Source: Candidatus Bathyarchaeota archaeon
GTDB lineage: Archaea; Thermoproteota; Bathyarchaeia; Bathyarchaeales; Bathycorpusculaceae
Direction of reading: 5' to 3'
NCBI GenBank assembly: GCA_963782525.1
Contig: CAWAKC010000003.1
Coordinates: forward strand, 256,001 to 320,000
DNA: 64,000 bases
This document shows positions 10,362-20,406 of this stretch, piece after piece; the first letter of the stretch is position 1; each line of letters starts with the position of its first letter. A program made the position numbers and the translations under genes. A model generated the notes under the pieces. It was not told the DNA's origin. It did no database searches and saw nothing but the letters and a program-made list of their open reading frames with translations.

Positions 10362-11585
10362 TTGCAAAAGAGGGAATTTTTGGGTTATTTAACATTAGAA
10401 AAAGTGAGCTTATTTAAAATGATTCAAAAACTCGTTTTGGATAGTAGCGCAAAGCGCATCGGGTATTTTAGCACTTATCCTCCAAGAGAATGCGGTATTG
10501 CAAACTTCACAAAAGACCTTATCGATGCTATAGGCGACTTAGGTGGCCTTAAGTCGTCTATAATTGCTATAAACGAAAAAGGCGCTCTTTACGATTATGA
10601 TAGGCGAGTCAAATGGAATATTGATCGAGATGATGCCGAAGACTACGTGAAGGCAGCTGAATACGTTAACGCTTCAAATATCCAGCTTTTAGTTGTTCAA
10701 CATGAGTTCGGCCTCTACGGAGGCGACTATGGAGAATACATTAAACTCTTCTTAGATAACGTCAAAATACCAGTCATCACAACCCTTCACACGGTGCAAC
10801 CTAATTTTGACAAAAAAGCGATTGAAGTCCTAAAATACATAGTTGAAAGAAGCGAATCAATTATTGTGATCGCACACGCCGCAATTGATATGCTAAAACG
10901 CCAAGGAATACCTTACAAGAAATGCGCTGTCATTCCACACGGTTGCCCAAGTATTGACTGCACAAACAACAAATCAATCAAAGAATCACTTGGTCTAGAG
11001 GATCGTCTGGTTGCATCCACTTTCGGCCTTATAAGCAGCGGAAAAGGAATTGAATATGCTATTCGCGCTCTCCCCGAGGTTATTAAAAAAGAACCGCGAA
11101 TAATTTATCTCATCATCGGAGAAACTCACCCAGAAGTTAGAAAGCACGAGGGTGAAAAATACCGAAATGAATTAACGAGGCTTGTTAGTGAACTCGGATT
11201 GGAAGAACACGTCAGATTCACAAACAGATTCATTACCAAACGTGAACTAATCAAGTTTCTTCAAGCAACCGACATTTACATAACTCCTTATATTTCACCC
11301 AACCAAATTAGCAGTGGCACCCTTATCTATGCTCTTGGTGCTGGAAAAGCAGTTGTGTCTACTCCATATTATCACGCTATAGAGGTCTTGTCCAACGATA
11401 GAGGGATACTGTGCAAATTTGAGGATTCAGCTTCGATTGCTGAAGGCATAAACAGACTTTTAGACGAAAACTTCCGTAACGAAGTCCAAAGAAGAGCATA
11501 CAAATATAGTCGACGCTTCCTCTGGAAAAACGTAGCGAAAAAATACCTAAATCTCATTAATACAATAACTGAGAAGAACGAGTGA
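10362..11585 (+). CDS. Glycosyltransferase family 4
   Basis: STYPPRECGIANFT, QHEFGLYGG, TFGLISSGKGIE, SSGTLIYALGAGKAVVSTPY. The likely start is ATG 10419. Confidence 0.9.
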   Translation: MQKREFLGYLTLEKVSLFKMIQKLVLDSSAKRIGYFSTYPPRECGIANFTKDLIDAIGDLGGLKSSIIAINEKGALYDYDRRVKWNIDRDDAEDYVKAAEYVNASNIQLLVVQHEFGLYGGDYGEYIKLFLDNVKIPVITTLHTVQPNFDKKAIEVLKYIVERSESIIVIAHAAIDMLKRQGIPYKKCAVIPHGCPSIDCTNNKSIKESLGLEDRLVASTFGLISSGKGIEYAIRALPEVIKKEPRIIYLIIGETHPEVRKHEGEKYRNELTRLVSELGLEEHVRFTNRFITKRELIKFLQATDIYITPYISPNQISSGTLIYALGAGKAVVSTPYYHAIEVLSNDRGILCKFEDSASIAEGINRLLDENFRNEVQRRAYKYSRRFLWKNVAKKYLNLINTITEKNE

Positions 11586-11592
11586 GCTCAAG

Positions 11593-12648
11593 TTGCCAAC
11601 TTTTCCAATAAACCTAGATTTTGTAAGAACAATGACTGACGATGTAGGAATGCTCCAGCATTCGAAATATGCAACACCTAACAAAAAAGAAGGATACGCA
11701 ACAGATGACAACGCAAGAGCTCTTATTGCAGCTACAAATTACTTCATGTTGTTTAACGATCTAAGTGTTAAGAAACTGATTGATACTTATCTGAGCTTAT
11801 TGCTCTACATGCAGAGATCTGACGGCAAAATGCACAACTTCCTCAGTTATGATCGTCAGCTTTTAGATGAAATAGGATCTGAGGATTGTATGGGCCGAAC
11901 ACTCTGGGCATGTGGATACTGCTTGAACTCAAAATTGCCTGAAGAAACAAAACATCTCTCCAAAGAGGTTTTTGACAAACTTTTTTGCTGGACTTCCAGC
12001 TTCACATCACCAAGAGCAAAAGCATATTCAATTATGGGATTGTTTCATTACCAGAAAGCCCATCCAGAGGACCAAAATATCAAACTAAATATCATATCAC
12101 TCGCTGATCAATTAAACGGGCAATTTAGACGGGGATCTTCACAGGGATGGGATTGGTTTGAATCCATTCTTACTTACTCCAATCCGCGATTACCACATTC
12201 GCTTTTTTTAGCCTACGAAGCCACAGGAGAAGATAGGTTCTTACAAGTAGCCTCAAAATCCATGAAATTTCTAATAAATACCCAAACAATAAACAAAGTG
12301 TTCGTTCCCATAGGAAATCGCGGTTGGTATAAAAAAGGTTCTGAGCGAGCAATCTACGACCAACAATCTGTTGAAGCAGCATGCACAACAGAAGCAGCAA
12401 TTGCAGCTTTTAGAAACACCAACGAAGAAAGCTATCTCCAAGCAGCCTACAAAGCTTTTGAATGGTTCTTCGGCGGGAACTTAAAAGGTATAACGCTATA
12501 CTGCCCAGAAAACGGGAGCTGCTGCGATGGCATAACACCTGAAGGATTAAATCAAAACAAAGGCGCAGAAGCAACCATATCTTACCTCCAAGCTCGACTA
12601 AACCTCGAAGAATTAAAACAACAGGAGAATCTATTAAGAGCAACATAA
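11593..12648 (+). CDS. Six-hairpin glycosidase-like protein (domain often fused to GT4 in bacteria)
   Basis: MTDDVGMLQHS, GYATDDNARAL, HNFLSYDR, SEDCMGR, YDQQSVEA, NQNKGAEAT. Confidence 0.8.
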   Translation: MPTFPINLDFVRTMTDDVGMLQHSKYATPNKKEGYATDDNARALIAATNYFMLFNDLSVKKLIDTYLSLLLYMQRSDGKMHNFLSYDRQLLDEIGSEDCMGRTLWACGYCLNSKLPEETKHLSKEVFDKLFCWTSSFTSPRAKAYSIMGLFHYQKAHPEDQNIKLNIISLADQLNGQFRRGSSQGWDWFESILTYSNPRLPHSLFLAYEATGEDRFLQVASKSMKFLINTQTINKVFVPIGNRGWYKKGSERAIYDQQSVEAACTTEAAIAAFRNTNEESYLQAAYKAFEWFFGGNLKGITLYCPENGSCCDGITPEGLNQNKGAEATISYLQARLNLEELKQQENLLRAT

Positions 12649-12748
12649 TAGATCCAAAAGTTTGGTTGACAATTCTTCAAGACAACAACATAATTCTTAT
12701 TTCATTTATTAGCTCGGAAACCTTTCTTAAAGAAGGAGAACAAACTAA

Positions 12749-13123
12749 ATGATGACCCGCGATTTAATGTTAAAAGATGTAGTTACTGCAAATGGAAACG
12801 TTCCTGCTAAAGATGCAATTGAGCTCCTTTTCAAAAGGCACGTTGGGTCAGTAGTGATTATCAATGATGCGGATCAATGTATAGGTATTTTCACTGAACG
12901 AGACGCTATTAGGGTCGTGGCGCAAAATGTTCCTTTGGATGCACCGGTAGAAAAAATCATGACTAAAAACCCTTTTACTGTTAACGAAGATACCATCTTT
13001 CAAGAAGCAAAGAGCATCATCAAATCCGCTAAAATTCGGCATCTTCCAGTGATAGACACAAATGGAAAACTAGTTGGGCTGATATCCGTTAGACATATAT
13101 TAGATGAGATGAGTGGACTCTAA
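12749..13123 (+). CDS. CBS-domain pair protein
   Basis: GIFTERD, IMTKNP, IRHLPVID..GKLVGLIS. Confidence 0.9.
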   Translation: MMTRDLMLKDVVTANGNVPAKDAIELLFKRHVGSVVIINDADQCIGIFTERDAIRVVAQNVPLDAPVEKIMTKNPFTVNEDTIFQEAKSIIKSAKIRHLPVIDTNGKLVGLISVRHILDEMSGL

Positions 13124-13159
13124 CTTCAAAACAACGGCACACCCGGAGAAGACACACAA

Positions 13160-14053
13160 ATGAAACGGTACTCGCACAATCCTATACTTGAGCCTATAGG
13201 CGCACATGCTTGGGAATCAAACTTAGTTTTCAATGCTGCAGTCTTTGCCGCAAACAACCGCGTCCACATTCTCTACAGAGCAATGGGCACTGATAATATT
13301 TCACGCATAGGCTTAGCATCTTCTTCTGATGGCTATAACATAGATGAACGGTTACCCCTTCCTGTTTTCAGTCCAGCCAATGACATAGAAAATCAAGGTT
13401 GCGAGGACCCAAGGCTAAGTCTATTTGGCAATTCCCTAATTATGGCATACACCGCATTTGGAAGCCATTTTCAACATCAAGTCTACCAAATTGCCTTAAC
13501 ATCAATAAACACCGAAGATTTTCTAGCAAGAAGGTGGCAATGGGGCGAAAGAATTTTGGCATTCCCAGGAATCCACAATAAAGATGCTGTGCTTTTCCCC
13601 CAGAAGTTCGATGGTGATTATGTAATGTTTCACAGATTGGAACCTGACCTTTGTATCGCGCGCTCTAACGACTTGCGTCGTTGGTATGGGTTAAAATACA
13701 TCTTGGGTCCACGTGAGAAAGGTTGGGATTCTTGGAAAGTGGGAGCTGCAGGACCGCCCATGTTAGTAAATGAGGGTTGGCTTCTAATCTATCATGGAGT
13801 GAGTGTGGACCGAGTTTACTCCCTAGGAGTTGCATTATTGGATAAGAATGACCCCGAGCAAGTTCTCTATCGATCCGAAGAGCCAATACTGACGCCGACT
13901 GAAGATTATGAACGCTATGGAAAAGTTCCTAACGTAGTTTTCAGCTGTGGGCAGGTTATGATGGACGGCCAGCTTCTAATTTACTATGGTGGCGCTGACA
14001 GTGCATTATGCGTAGCTACTGTTGAGCTTTCTGAACTTTTGCCAAAAAAGTAG
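13160..14053 (+). CDS. Glycoside hydrolase/phosphorylase family 130
   Basis: NPIL, VFNAA, GCEDPR, NKDAVLFP, KVGAAGPP, WLLIYHGV, VPNVVFSCG, YYGGADS. Confidence 0.9.
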   Translation: MKRYSHNPILEPIGAHAWESNLVFNAAVFAANNRVHILYRAMGTDNISRIGLASSSDGYNIDERLPLPVFSPANDIENQGCEDPRLSLFGNSLIMAYTAFGSHFQHQVYQIALTSINTEDFLARRWQWGERILAFPGIHNKDAVLFPQKFDGDYVMFHRLEPDLCIARSNDLRRWYGLKYILGPREKGWDSWKVGAAGPPMLVNEGWLLIYHGVSVDRVYSLGVALLDKNDPEQVLYRSEEPILTPTEDYERYGKVPNVVFSCGQVMMDGQLLIYYGGADSALCVATVELSELLPKK

Positions 14054-14483
14054 TGGGTAGCGATCTGTGATTTCACAAATTAGAGTGATAAAATATGATT
14101 CTATTAATGAAATGATAACGTAATTAGAATGGTTCGCCTTATAAGTATACATTCTCGAGGGCGTAATTTTCTGGGCGCTACAATCGGTCGCTAATATAAC
14201 AAACTACGACATCAATAATCCAACTGTTATCATCACTCATCAGCAGTGGAATTAACAATTCACCAAATGATCAATTCATAAAGTAATTATTTAGCGCCCA
14301 ATAATCTTACTGTGCTTTAGGTAAATCGAGTAACCCTCTTTGAGAGCCCTCCTCGCAAGCAAGCTTTTTCTTGTAATATTTTACTCCAAATGGTAAATAA
14401 ATCGTGAATTAAGCTTGTCCGCCCACGCAAAAGGGAATAAAAAAGATAAGACATATATTTAGAACAAATCAACATAAATATAA

Positions 14484-14777
14484 GTGAATTATATGATAAA
14501 TTTTGAAGAAATTGTGGGTTTACAGGTAGTAACTTCAGGGGCACACATTATTGGAGAAGTAAAAGGAGTAAAAATTGACACCGCGACTTGGGAAGTAAAG
14601 TATTTGAACGTGAAACTTACTGGTGATGCTGCTGAGAGTCTCGGAATGAAGAAGAGGTTCAGAAGTTCCAGTATATGCCTTCCAATTAGCATGGTTCAAG
14701 CAGTTGCACATGTGGTAACGATATCTAGATCTTTAGAAGAGTTGGAAACCTCTCAAGAGATTACAGAGTGCAAATAG
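14484..14777 (+). CDS. PRC-barrel domain protein
   Basis: IVGLQVVTSGAHIIGEVKGVKIDTATWEVKYL. Confidence 0.8.
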   Translation: MNYMINFEEIVGLQVVTSGAHIIGEVKGVKIDTATWEVKYLNVKLTGDAAESLGMKKRFRSSSICLPISMVQAVAHVVTISRSLEELETSQEITECK

Positions 14778-14924
14778 CAGAAAATTACTAAGCTCACAGG
14801 CAGGTTAGCCCCGTATCCTTCGGACGAAGGGAATTTTCTCTTCCCAAGGGAATCTAACATTTCTTCCCTAATCAGAATAAGAAACTCGTCTTTGCCAGTA
14901 TCAAGCGGTTCTCGATGAAAAAAA

Positions 14925-15630
14925 TGCATCGACATTGCCACACAATGTATCATCGCAAAAATTAAAGGGCAAAACACAGTTCTCAAAAAGTACAAATTTG
15001 ACACCTCTCGAAACTTGGAAAGTCTTCTTCAAATTGAAAATTTAAAATTTGAAAACTTGAAGCTAACAAGGATAAACTGATGGCTATTGAATCCCATAAT
15101 GCCAAAGACTAGTTCTCCCAAATTTTCAAGTTATTTCCTGAAAAAATCAGACCAGAAACCAGAGAGACATACAACGCCTATGATGGGCTAAACAATGTTT
15201 TCAATTTTGCATATTACATCTTAGAATGTAGAGTACACAAGGCATTATTGAAGGCTAAATTAGAACCCTATCTCGGCTTTCTACATTCGGTTCAACATGG
15301 TAAACCCAGTTTAGTATGTGATTTTCAAGAGCTATCCCGCTATTTGATTGATGATTTCTTGATTGAGCGATGCCAAAAGCTACGCAAGAAAGACTTTGTG
15401 TTTGTGACTGATTTCATGATGCGCTTAAAAATGGGCAAAAAGATTCACCTAAAAGAATATGAGACTGACAGTTTAGCTGAAGATTTGAACGCTTTCTTTG
15501 ATCGTATAGTTGATGTTGAAAGAATAAGGTTGGAAAAAGACAAACTATTGATACGTTGATTAGTGAAGAAGCTCTACTGTTTGTAAAGTACTTGAGACAC
15601 GAAAAAAGACTGGATTCCAAGAATTAGAAA
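14925..15630 (+). pseudogene. cas1: Cas1 (solo/casposase-like) remnant
   Basis: Joined fragments read IAKIKGQNTVLKKY / KLMAIESHNAKD*FSQIF...AYDGLNNVFNFAYYILECRVHKALLKAKLEPYLGFLHSVQHGKPSLVCDFQE / VGKRQTIDTLISEEALL. There is an in-frame TAG at 15110 plus frameshifts, and the N-terminus is missing. Confidence 0.85.
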
Positions 15631-15648
15631 AGACTTTGAGGAATTAAA

Positions 15649-15831
15649 ATGATAGAACCCAGACCTTTTCTTAAATGGGCTGGCGGTAAAAGGCAATTAT
15701 TAAGTGACCTCAAACGGTCTTCTCCACCAAAGCTTAATGAATATTATGAGCCTTTCTTGGGAAGCGGAGCCCTGTTCTTCAAACTTTCCGCACTTGCCAA
15801 AATAAAATGTACCCGCCTAAAACAATTGTAA
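15649..15831 (+). pseudogene. Truncated Dam-family DNA adenine methyltransferase
   Basis: [13 protein letters not shown]...[13 protein letters not shown], then ends after 60 aa. Confidence 0.85.
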
Positions 15832-16043
15832 CAAATTATTAATAGATACCCAAAAGACTGTAAAGGAAAAACAGCCCATTTGTTCCACTCACCGGTAATC
15901 AGTGCAACCTTATAACCATGAGTTGGAATCTATCTGAAAAACTTCTATTTTAGTCATAAGTCTGACTGCGCTACTCGCGTCGCTCGTCGTGCTTCGCATC
16001 TCCAAAGTCGTAAAACAGAGAATTTATAAAAGAAGATATTAAT

Positions 16044-17219
16044 TCAAACCTTTTTTGGTAACGGAGCACTCTTTCTTTTTGTCGTATATACTTTCTTCAG
16101 TATTGGCATCGCTATGAAGGTAGTCAAAATAACGGCCATTACAGCTACAGAATAGGTTCCCGTCGAAATTAATCCACTTGTTAATCCAAGGCTTGCAATT
16201 ATTAGACCCATTTCACCTCTAGGCGTCATGCTGATACCTATTTTGAGGGATTCTTTAGTCGAGAACTTTGTCATGCGCGCAGCCACAAAACTACCCAAGA
16301 TCTTGCCTATGAAAGCCATAGCCGTGATAACTAACCCTAAGAATGCGGCTTCGCCAAAAACGCTAAGGTTTATCAGAGTTCCTATGGAAATAAAGAATAT
16401 TGGTACGAAGAACATATAGAGACTTTTTGTTTTTTCAAGAACCATCTGAACCTTTACCTGTCTTGTTGATAACGGTAAACCTGCAGCAAACGCCCCAACA
16501 ATTGGCGATAATCCAACTGTTGCAGAGATGTAGGCTGCGAAGAAACCGTATGCTAACACCAAGAGAATCAAATATTCGTCATCAAGTCTGACCTTGTCGA
16601 TGGCTCGAACTATAACCTTTGAGCCTATTAGAACTATCACAGCCCAAAAAATAACCGCTTTAACTATGACAAGCCCTATTTCAAAGGAATTAACTTGACC
16701 AGATAAAATACTTAAAACCACGGAAAGGAGAACAACAGCCACAACATCATCAACAATACCTGCCCCCAGAATCGTCAACCCAGTTGGATTATTTAGTTTA
16801 CCCATGTCTTTTAGCAGTCGAATGGTTATGCCAATGCTCGTTGCTGTAAAAACAACGCCTATGAAAAGTGCTTCATTGTTTGAAATTCCAAAATACAGTG
16901 CAGTATAGTAGCATAGAGCTAAAGGCATTATTGCACCAAGAATCCCTATAGAAAGTGATGGTAAGAGTTGTTTTTTTAGGTCACGCATCTCTGTTTCTAG
17001 ACCAATATAGAACAACAAAATAATGGCACCTAACTCGGCAAAAACGCTTACAATAGCTTGGTTAGAAATTAAATTAAAAATCGACGGTCCAAGGAGAATT
17101 CCAACTAAGAGTTCACCTAAAGCGACAGGATACCCGATCCTCTTTATCAGTAAGCCACCGACTATTGCGGCTACCAATAGTATAGACAACTCAAGCACAA
17201 ACGAGTTTGGATCAGTCAT
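16044..17219 (-). CDS. Cation:proton antiporter (CPA2/Kef/NapA type)
   Basis: AELGAIILLFYIGLE, TSIGIT, GAGIVDD, FFVPIFFISIG, PRGEMGLI. Confidence 0.92.
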   Translation of the reverse strand: MTDPNSFVLELSILLVAAIVGGLLIKRIGYPVALGELLVGILLGPSIFNLISNQAIVSVFAELGAIILLFYIGLETEMRDLKKQLLPSLSIGILGAIMPLALCYYTALYFGISNNEALFIGVVFTATSIGITIRLLKDMGKLNNPTGLTILGAGIVDDVVAVVLLSVVLSILSGQVNSFEIGLVIVKAVIFWAVIVLIGSKVIVRAIDKVRLDDEYLILLVLAYGFFAAYISATVGLSPIVGAFAAGLPLSTRQVKVQMVLEKTKSLYMFFVPIFFISIGTLINLSVFGEAAFLGLVITAMAFIGKILGSFVAARMTKFSTKESLKIGISMTPRGEMGLIIASLGLTSGLISTGTYSVAVMAVILTTFIAMPILKKVYTTKRKSAPLPKKV

Positions 17220-17412
17220 TATTACAATATCAAAATTTTGATTATTTAAATCTGAAGTATCGCTGTTACAAATTTATCATAAATAAAACAGCAAGAGAAC
17301 GTTTTGTCTTCTTTTCATTTTACATCATTCAACTTTACTGTAGAGTTGTTGAGCAATTGCTAAAATGGGTTTTTTATACTATAATGTTATAAGTACAGAT
17401 TACTAAAAGTAA

Positions 17413-17598
17413 TTGGGAATGTCTTTGGAGACTTGGGTCTTCGTCGCTATCTTGGTACTGTCTGGTGCCTTATTAATAACCTGCGGCTTGAAAGAAGCAG
17501 AACTCAGTCTTGTGTTTATAGCAGCTGGAACATTTACTGCAAGTATTAGCTCCTTAGCATTTTTCAAGAAATTCAGAAAAGTGATAGAGCTCCTTTAA
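17413..17598 (+). CDS. Small two-TM membrane protein
   Basis: Two hydrophobic segments and a basic tail. Confidence 0.45.
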   Translation: MGMSLETWVFVAILVLSGALLITCGLKEAELSLVFIAAGTFTASISSLAFFKKFRKVIELL

Positions 17599-17817
17599 AA
17601 AAGTGTTTTGTTGCGTTGAGTATAATCGATTTGGTCGTAAATGTAACTAACTAGGTTTCTTATCGGTAACTCCTTTGCCCGAAAGTTTACATGGAAAAGA
17701 GATAACCGAAGAACTGACAGAAGAGAAAATTTTAAGTCAACTACATCTCATAATATCTGAAGGTAGAGACTTTTCGTTTAAAAAGCAAGTAGTTCAAGAA
17801 AAAGAAAGATGGAAAAG

Positions 17818-18087
17818 TTATTTGTGTTTTCTTCTACCTTTAATAATAGTTATTACTCCTACGATGAAAAAAAATAGTGATGCCAGAAAAATCGTTTCAT
17901 CAATTTCGGTTTCAAGGACAGTTTGTGGATGAAATGCTACGATTCCTAAAATAAATAAGATAATGCTAATGATTAACAATCTTATGCCCAGAGTTTCAGT
18001 ATTTTTTGACAAGCTGTTATCCACCATATTTATGTTTTCAAGTGTTCTAAATATTGTTATCTTATCAATAGCAAACATGAAAACCAT
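17818..18087 (-). CDS. Small two-TM membrane protein
   Basis: Two hydrophobic helices and a KGRRKHK tail. Confidence 0.45.
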   Translation of the reverse strand: MVFMFAIDKITIFRTLENINMVDNSLSKNTETLGIRLLIISIILFILGIVAFHPQTVLETEIDETIFLASLFFFIVGVITIIKGRRKHK

Positions 18088-18477
18088 TTTATTTTTACTC
18101 TGGGCTTGAAAAAGATGTTAATATTGAGCTTCTATGGTTTTTTGGCTTTTGGTTTTAGATATTGGTTGGTGACTACAGACGTTAGGCACGCACGCGGGTG
18201 CGTGGGAGTGTGAGAGTAGTCGTATGCGTTCAAGAGAGAGAAAGATTAAATTTTAATCTTGATTCTCAACTTTGAAGTACTTATCAAAAAAAAGTTCAGA
18301 AGTAACTGAAGTCTGAATATCTGAAAAGCCAAATACTACTATGCATAATCGTGTACACTTGAATGTGAAAAAAAGAAAAGAGCAACCTTTATGCTTCATG
18401 AATGCTAAAGCTTTTTCGTTTTCTTGAAAAATTTGTTTGCGGCTGATTTTAGAGGCGTTGAAAAATTGAAGGCTTTG

Positions 18478-18642
18478 TTAGAGTTTTCTTTTGGCCTTGC
18501 CGACGTCTTCTTGGATTTTTCCTTTAACTTTTTCAGCTTCGCCTTTAATTATTTGACCAGTGTTACCCGTTACTTTGCCAGCTGCTACGCGGGTCTTTCC
18601 TTCTTCTTTTTTGAGTTTACCTTTAACTTCATCTTTACTCAT
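18478..18642 (-). CDS. CsbD-family general stress protein (54 aa, not in ORF track)
   Basis: MSKDEVKGKLKKEEGKTRVAAGKVTGNTGQIIKGEAEKVKGKIQEDVGKAKRKL. Confidence 0.85.
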   Translation of the reverse strand: MSKDEVKGKLKKEEGKTRVAAGKVTGNTGQIIKGEAEKVKGKIQEDVGKAKRKL

Positions 18643-18688
18643 AAAATCTCACTAAAGACTGGTGCCTCCGCCATTCTATTAAACATAT

Positions 18689-18710
18689 GTGACTGCTATC
18701 TGGCTCTAAC
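18689..18710 (-). promoter_or_regulatory. Operator site 2 plus TATA upstream of the csbD-like gene
   Basis: Minus strand GTTAGAG-N8-CAGTCAC-ATATG-TTTAATA. Confidence 0.65.
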
Positions 18711-18937
18711 AAACAACAAGCCATATACTCTAAGGAAACCTATTTTTTTGTGGGCTGTTCTAAGGTCAATAATTTAATGGAACTACCAAACGAGAAACCC
18801 TGGCGGATAACGTGCACTGATAAATAATTATCTCAAAAGCAGTGGATTACCTAAAAGCTACTTACACAAACGTGATGTCTTTGTTTACAAAAAAATTGGT
18901 AAGCAGCTTATGGCGCTGCTAATACGTCTTTGGTTGA

Positions 18938-19096
18938 TTATATTCTGCGTCCTGAAAGCAGTCGGACAAGTATTATGATTACAGCAATGACAAGCAGTAC
19001 CCATATGATTGTACCAAGGTTGAAGAATACAAAGCCCAAAAGCCAAAGGACAATAAGAATCACAGCAACAACGAAAAGAAAATCAAGCGCTCCCAT
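18938..19096 (-). CDS. lmo0937-like small membrane protein (52 aa, not in ORF track)
   Basis: MGALDFLFVVAVILIVLWLLGFVFFNLGTIIWVLLVIAVIIILVRLLSGRRI. Confidence 0.8.
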   Translation of the reverse strand: MGALDFLFVVAVILIVLWLLGFVFFNLGTIIWVLLVIAVIIILVRLLSGRRI

Positions 19097-19144
19097 TTTC
19101 AAAAAACCTTACTTGCCTTAACTCGCCGGACTATTTTAAGATGT

Positions 19145-19166
19145 GTGACTGCCAATAACTAGCAAC
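19145..19166 (-). promoter_or_regulatory. Operator site 3 plus TATA upstream of the lmo0937-like gene
   Basis: Minus strand GTTGCTA-N8-CAGTCAC-ACATC-TTAAAATA. Confidence 0.65.
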
Positions 19167-19200
19167 AGCTACCTCAACTTTTTATTTCAATTATACGCTT

Positions 19201-19222
19201 GTAACGACAGCTTTACAGTCAC
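19201..19222 (+). promoter_or_regulatory. Operator site 4 plus TATA
   Basis: GTAACGA-N8-CAGTCAC-ACACAC-TTAAAT upstream of 19291. Confidence 0.6.
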
Positions 19223-19290
19223 ACACACTTAAATCAACCAATGACTAGCTGTAAACTTAGTCTTGTGCAATTTTTTAGGTTTTTTAGGAG

Positions 19291-19512
19291 GTGCAACAAA
19301 TTATGCCAGAACAAAAAATAGACGTCAAAGAACAGATACAGAAGATGGGCGAGAAATGGAGTGAATTCCAGGAGACTTGGGTTTCGCACTTCAAAGACAT
19401 GGAAGTGGATGTATTAGAATGGAACTTTGGTGTGGGGAAAACAGGCGAAGACACCATCTTTGAAATGAAAGCTAAGGTCGCTGTAAGACAAAAAAAAAGT
19501 AGAACTCCTTAA
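19291..19512 (+). CDS. Small hypothetical protein
   Basis: GGAGG RBS before the start and plausible globular composition. Confidence 0.6.
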   Translation: MQQIMPEQKIDVKEQIQKMGEKWSEFQETWVSHFKDMEVDVLEWNFGVGKTGEDTIFEMKAKVAVRQKKSRTP

Positions 19513-19644
19513 TGCGTTTTGGGGTAAACAAACACCCTATTTCATTAAGACAAGGATTCATTTTTTTGATGTCGTTGGCTTAACCCCTCTTTTATCGGGT
19601 CATTTTAGTAATCTCAATAGCTAAAATCTCTGTTTGGGTACACA

Positions 19645-20148
19645 TTGGTAACTAAAGATATGAAATTAAAAAAAACAAATGATGAAATAGACAAAATAGC
19701 ACAGAGGATTTTGCTAGAGCTTGAATCCGCAAGTTCCACAGATTTATCCGACGCCCGTTATGCAAAAATGATGCTACGTATATCAGACGCCCACTACGCA
19801 AAAGGGGTGCTCCAAAAAATGACCGATTATAAATCTGGAGCTGAAAATGAGTTAGAGAAAAGGGCAATGATCAAGGTTCTGTTGTTTTCTACGTGGTTGC
19901 AACGACTTTATTTTATAATAAGGTCTTTTCTCATGGGGCTCATAAGTGCTGCGGTAACTTATCTTATCATATGGTATCTTGGTTCAATAAATGTTATTGG
20001 AAGCATAGTAATCGGCACTTTTGTGTTTGTATTTTCCTTGGCTGTAACCAGATTATTTGATACTCAAATAACGCAAGCTACAAAAAAGATAGTGGAACTC
20101 ATGACTAGTCATAGAGGCATTAGGGATTTTATAATGAAACACTTCTAA
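19645..20148 (+). CDS. Hypothetical membrane protein (2 TM)
   Basis: 167-aa ORF with two C-terminal TM helices. Confidence 0.6.
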   Translation: MVTKDMKLKKTNDEIDKIAQRILLELESASSTDLSDARYAKMMLRISDAHYAKGVLQKMTDYKSGAENELEKRAMIKVLLFSTWLQRLYFIIRSFLMGLISAAVTYLIIWYLGSINVIGSIVIGTFVFVFSLAVTRLFDTQITQATKKIVELMTSHRGIRDFIMKHF

Positions 20149-20187
20149 TACAAAAGTTTGATAGCCAAATCATGTTATCGCCATCTT

Positions 20188-20209
20188 GTTGTTGCATGTT
20201 AACAGTCAC
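20188..20209 (+). promoter_or_regulatory. Operator site 5 plus TATA
   Basis: GTTGTTG-CATGTTAA-CAGTCAC-ACATG-TTTAAT. Confidence 0.65.
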
Positions 20210-20406
20210 ACATGTTTAATTCCCCTACTAACCATAATTAAAGTTAAGTTGCTTGATAAGCTTGAAGAGAGGATACGTTGTGAACACTATATGGGCCATT
20301 ATTTCGCGCTGGAAGGAAAGTTTGGAAATAATCACAATTCCCTTCTTTGTTGTTTTATCAAATCAAAAGAAAGTTAGATTAGAAAATGTATTGAGATGAA
20401 AGTAAG

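Noticed and set aside
12668-12689. Additional operator upstream of the CBS gene (also half-sites near 24056 and 42553)
   Set aside because: Only one half-site matches, which is too weak to count without a motif scan.
14100-16040. CRISPR array near cas1
   Set aside because: No regularly spaced direct repeats are visible here or elsewhere in the window.
18424-19121. Plus-strand ORFs 18424-18777 and 18930-19121
   Set aside because: They are antisense shadows of the CsbD-like and lmo0937-like genes.
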